Source of the DNA: a virus | Taxonomy: Duplodnaviria > Caudoviricetes | Direction: 5' to 3' (one strand) | Length of the DNA: 35,081 nucleotides | IMG/VR virus record: IMGVR_UViG_3300025102_000117 | Location: 1-35,081 of that record | In this document: positions 34,174 through 35,081 of the stretch, in pieces | Position numbering within the stretch: position 1 is the first letter of the stretch | How the letters are laid out: every line of letters starts with the position of its first letter | Notes under the pieces: model-generated | Databases searched by the model: none | Told to the model about the DNA's origin: nothing | What the model saw: the letters and a program-made list of their open reading frames with translations, nothing else | Program-made: the position numbers and the translations under genes

Positions 34174-35081
34174 ATGAGTGACCTCGAAAAGACAGAAAGA
34201 GAAATCGAAAGTCTTGGGGATTCGTTAGCAAGTTTAGAAAGGGTTTCCTTTCGTTCCGGTATTGAATTTAAAGGTTTATTCAAAGAAATAACTGATGCCG
34301 CTAATTCAATTAATAAAGCCGGCAAAAAATGGACTATTTTTAGTAGGCTAGTTTCCGGTACTCCTTTGTGGAAAGTCCAAAATTATCTAAGAGGTGCATT
34401 AGGTGTTTTGTCCGAGTTCGCAGAAGCGTCTAAAGAAAATACTAAAGCAAGGAATAAACAGAATGATGCTATTGTTGAGAATATAAAGAAGTATGATACT
34501 CTCAACAAGGCTATGCATGAAGTCATTGACATAAAAAAACTATTAAGTGACGGTATGCCTATAACTACTGAACAAGAAGAAGTTTTACAAAAACACATTA
34601 AAGATACTGCCGCTTATCAAATAGCACTTAAGGCTACAGGAGACGAACAATATGCTTTAGCCAAAGCATACGATTCTGTTACAGAAAAGCATAAACAAAT
34701 GCGAAAGGAAGAAGAAGAAGTCATAAAAATGGCAAAACAGGCTTATGCTTTTGATGAAAAAAGAATAGAATTAGCACAAAAACAAGCAAAAGAAGAGGCT
34801 TATGCTGACGGACTTAGAGGAAAGGCGTTGAAAAACGCAGTTAAAAAGGCAGGTAAGCGAGAAAAACAAAAGATGTCCAAAGAACAAGAAGGCATTTCTA
34901 AAGACAGCAAAAAAGAAGGGCTTGATAGTTTAAAGAAAAGTTTCTTTGACCCTAAACAATTCAAGGCTCTTGCTTTACCTGTCGCTCCTTTAATTGGTAT
35001 GTTTAGATTAGCAAAGAATAGAAAGAAATATCAACAGAAAATATTGAATTTTAATAAGATGATGCAAAAGTCAATATTACC
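34174..35081 (+). CDS. Putative tape measure protein, 3'-truncated by the window edge (missing from the ORF track)
   Basis: GGTGA SD, then ATG 34174 (MSDLEKTEREIESLGDSLASLERVSF...). The frame appears open to the window end. Helical A/K/E-rich sequence in the canonical position after the chaperones. Confidence 0.75.
   Translation, partial: MSDLEKTEREIESLGDSLASLERVSFRSGIEFKGLFKEITDAANSINKAGKKWTIFSRLVSGTPLWKVQNYLRGALGVLSEFAEASKENTKARNKQNDAIVENIKKYDTLNKAMHEVIDIKKLLSDGMPITTEQEEVLQKHIKDTAAYQIALKATGDEQYALAKAYDSVTEKHKQMRKEEEEVIKMAKQAYAFDEKRIELAQKQAKEEAYADGLRGKALKNAVKKAGKREKQKMSKEQEGISKDSKKEGLDSLKKSFFDPKQFKALALPVAPLIGMFRLAKNRKKYQQKILNFNKMMQKSIL

Noticed and set aside
540-34598. Numerous minus-strand ORFs of 60-116 aa in the ORF track
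   Set aside because: All lie antisense to long + strand genes and are S/L/F-rich mirror images of K/E-rich codons. None has an SD or motif that I could see, so they are treated as shadow ORFs.
1-35081. tRNA/rRNA genes, alternative genetic code, integrase or transposase
   Set aside because: The intergenic gaps are too short for tRNAs, ORFs tile the window under the standard code with all three stop codons in use, and no recombinase or transposase motifs were recognised.

Overview
The window is a continuous, AT-rich, gene-dense block with every credible gene on the + strand. It is the virion-morphogenesis region of a tailed dsDNA virus (Caudoviricetes, HK97 lineage). The gene order is: large K/E-rich proteins, terminase large subunit (4872-6302), a wHTH-LAGLIDADG-Nudix fusion, a cluster of small basic/Cys-rich ORFs, portal (10032-11669), a 1328-aa coiled-coil protein, an ATP-dependent ligase-like protein with a degenerate LigD phosphoesterase-like C-terminus, prohead protease/scaffold, major capsid protein (21409-22746), putative decoration proteins, a membrane-protein plus Arf/Sar1-like small GTPase cassette, a head-tail adaptor, a tail completion protein, tail tube, tail chaperones with an A_AAA_AAG -1 frameshift site, and the start of the tape measure gene. 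No sheath gene is seen, so the virion is probably siphovirus-like. Recurrent GGTGA Shine-Dalgarno motifs and TATA-like boxes point to an archaeal host. The organisation resembles my recollection of marine Poseidoniales (MGII) 'magroviruses', but that is inference and not a database result. Two candidate undescribed systems stand out. (1) A shared peptide tag, M-S/T-W-x-x-I/V-L/I-K, starts at least 7-9 unrelated ORFs and resembles the C-terminal motif of the scaffold (MDWSDIHKMV), suggesting a capsid cargo-loading and processing signal. (2) A five-gene cassette built around an Arf/Sar1-like GTPase with membrane partners sits between the head and neck genes and may be a membrane-remodelling or egress module.
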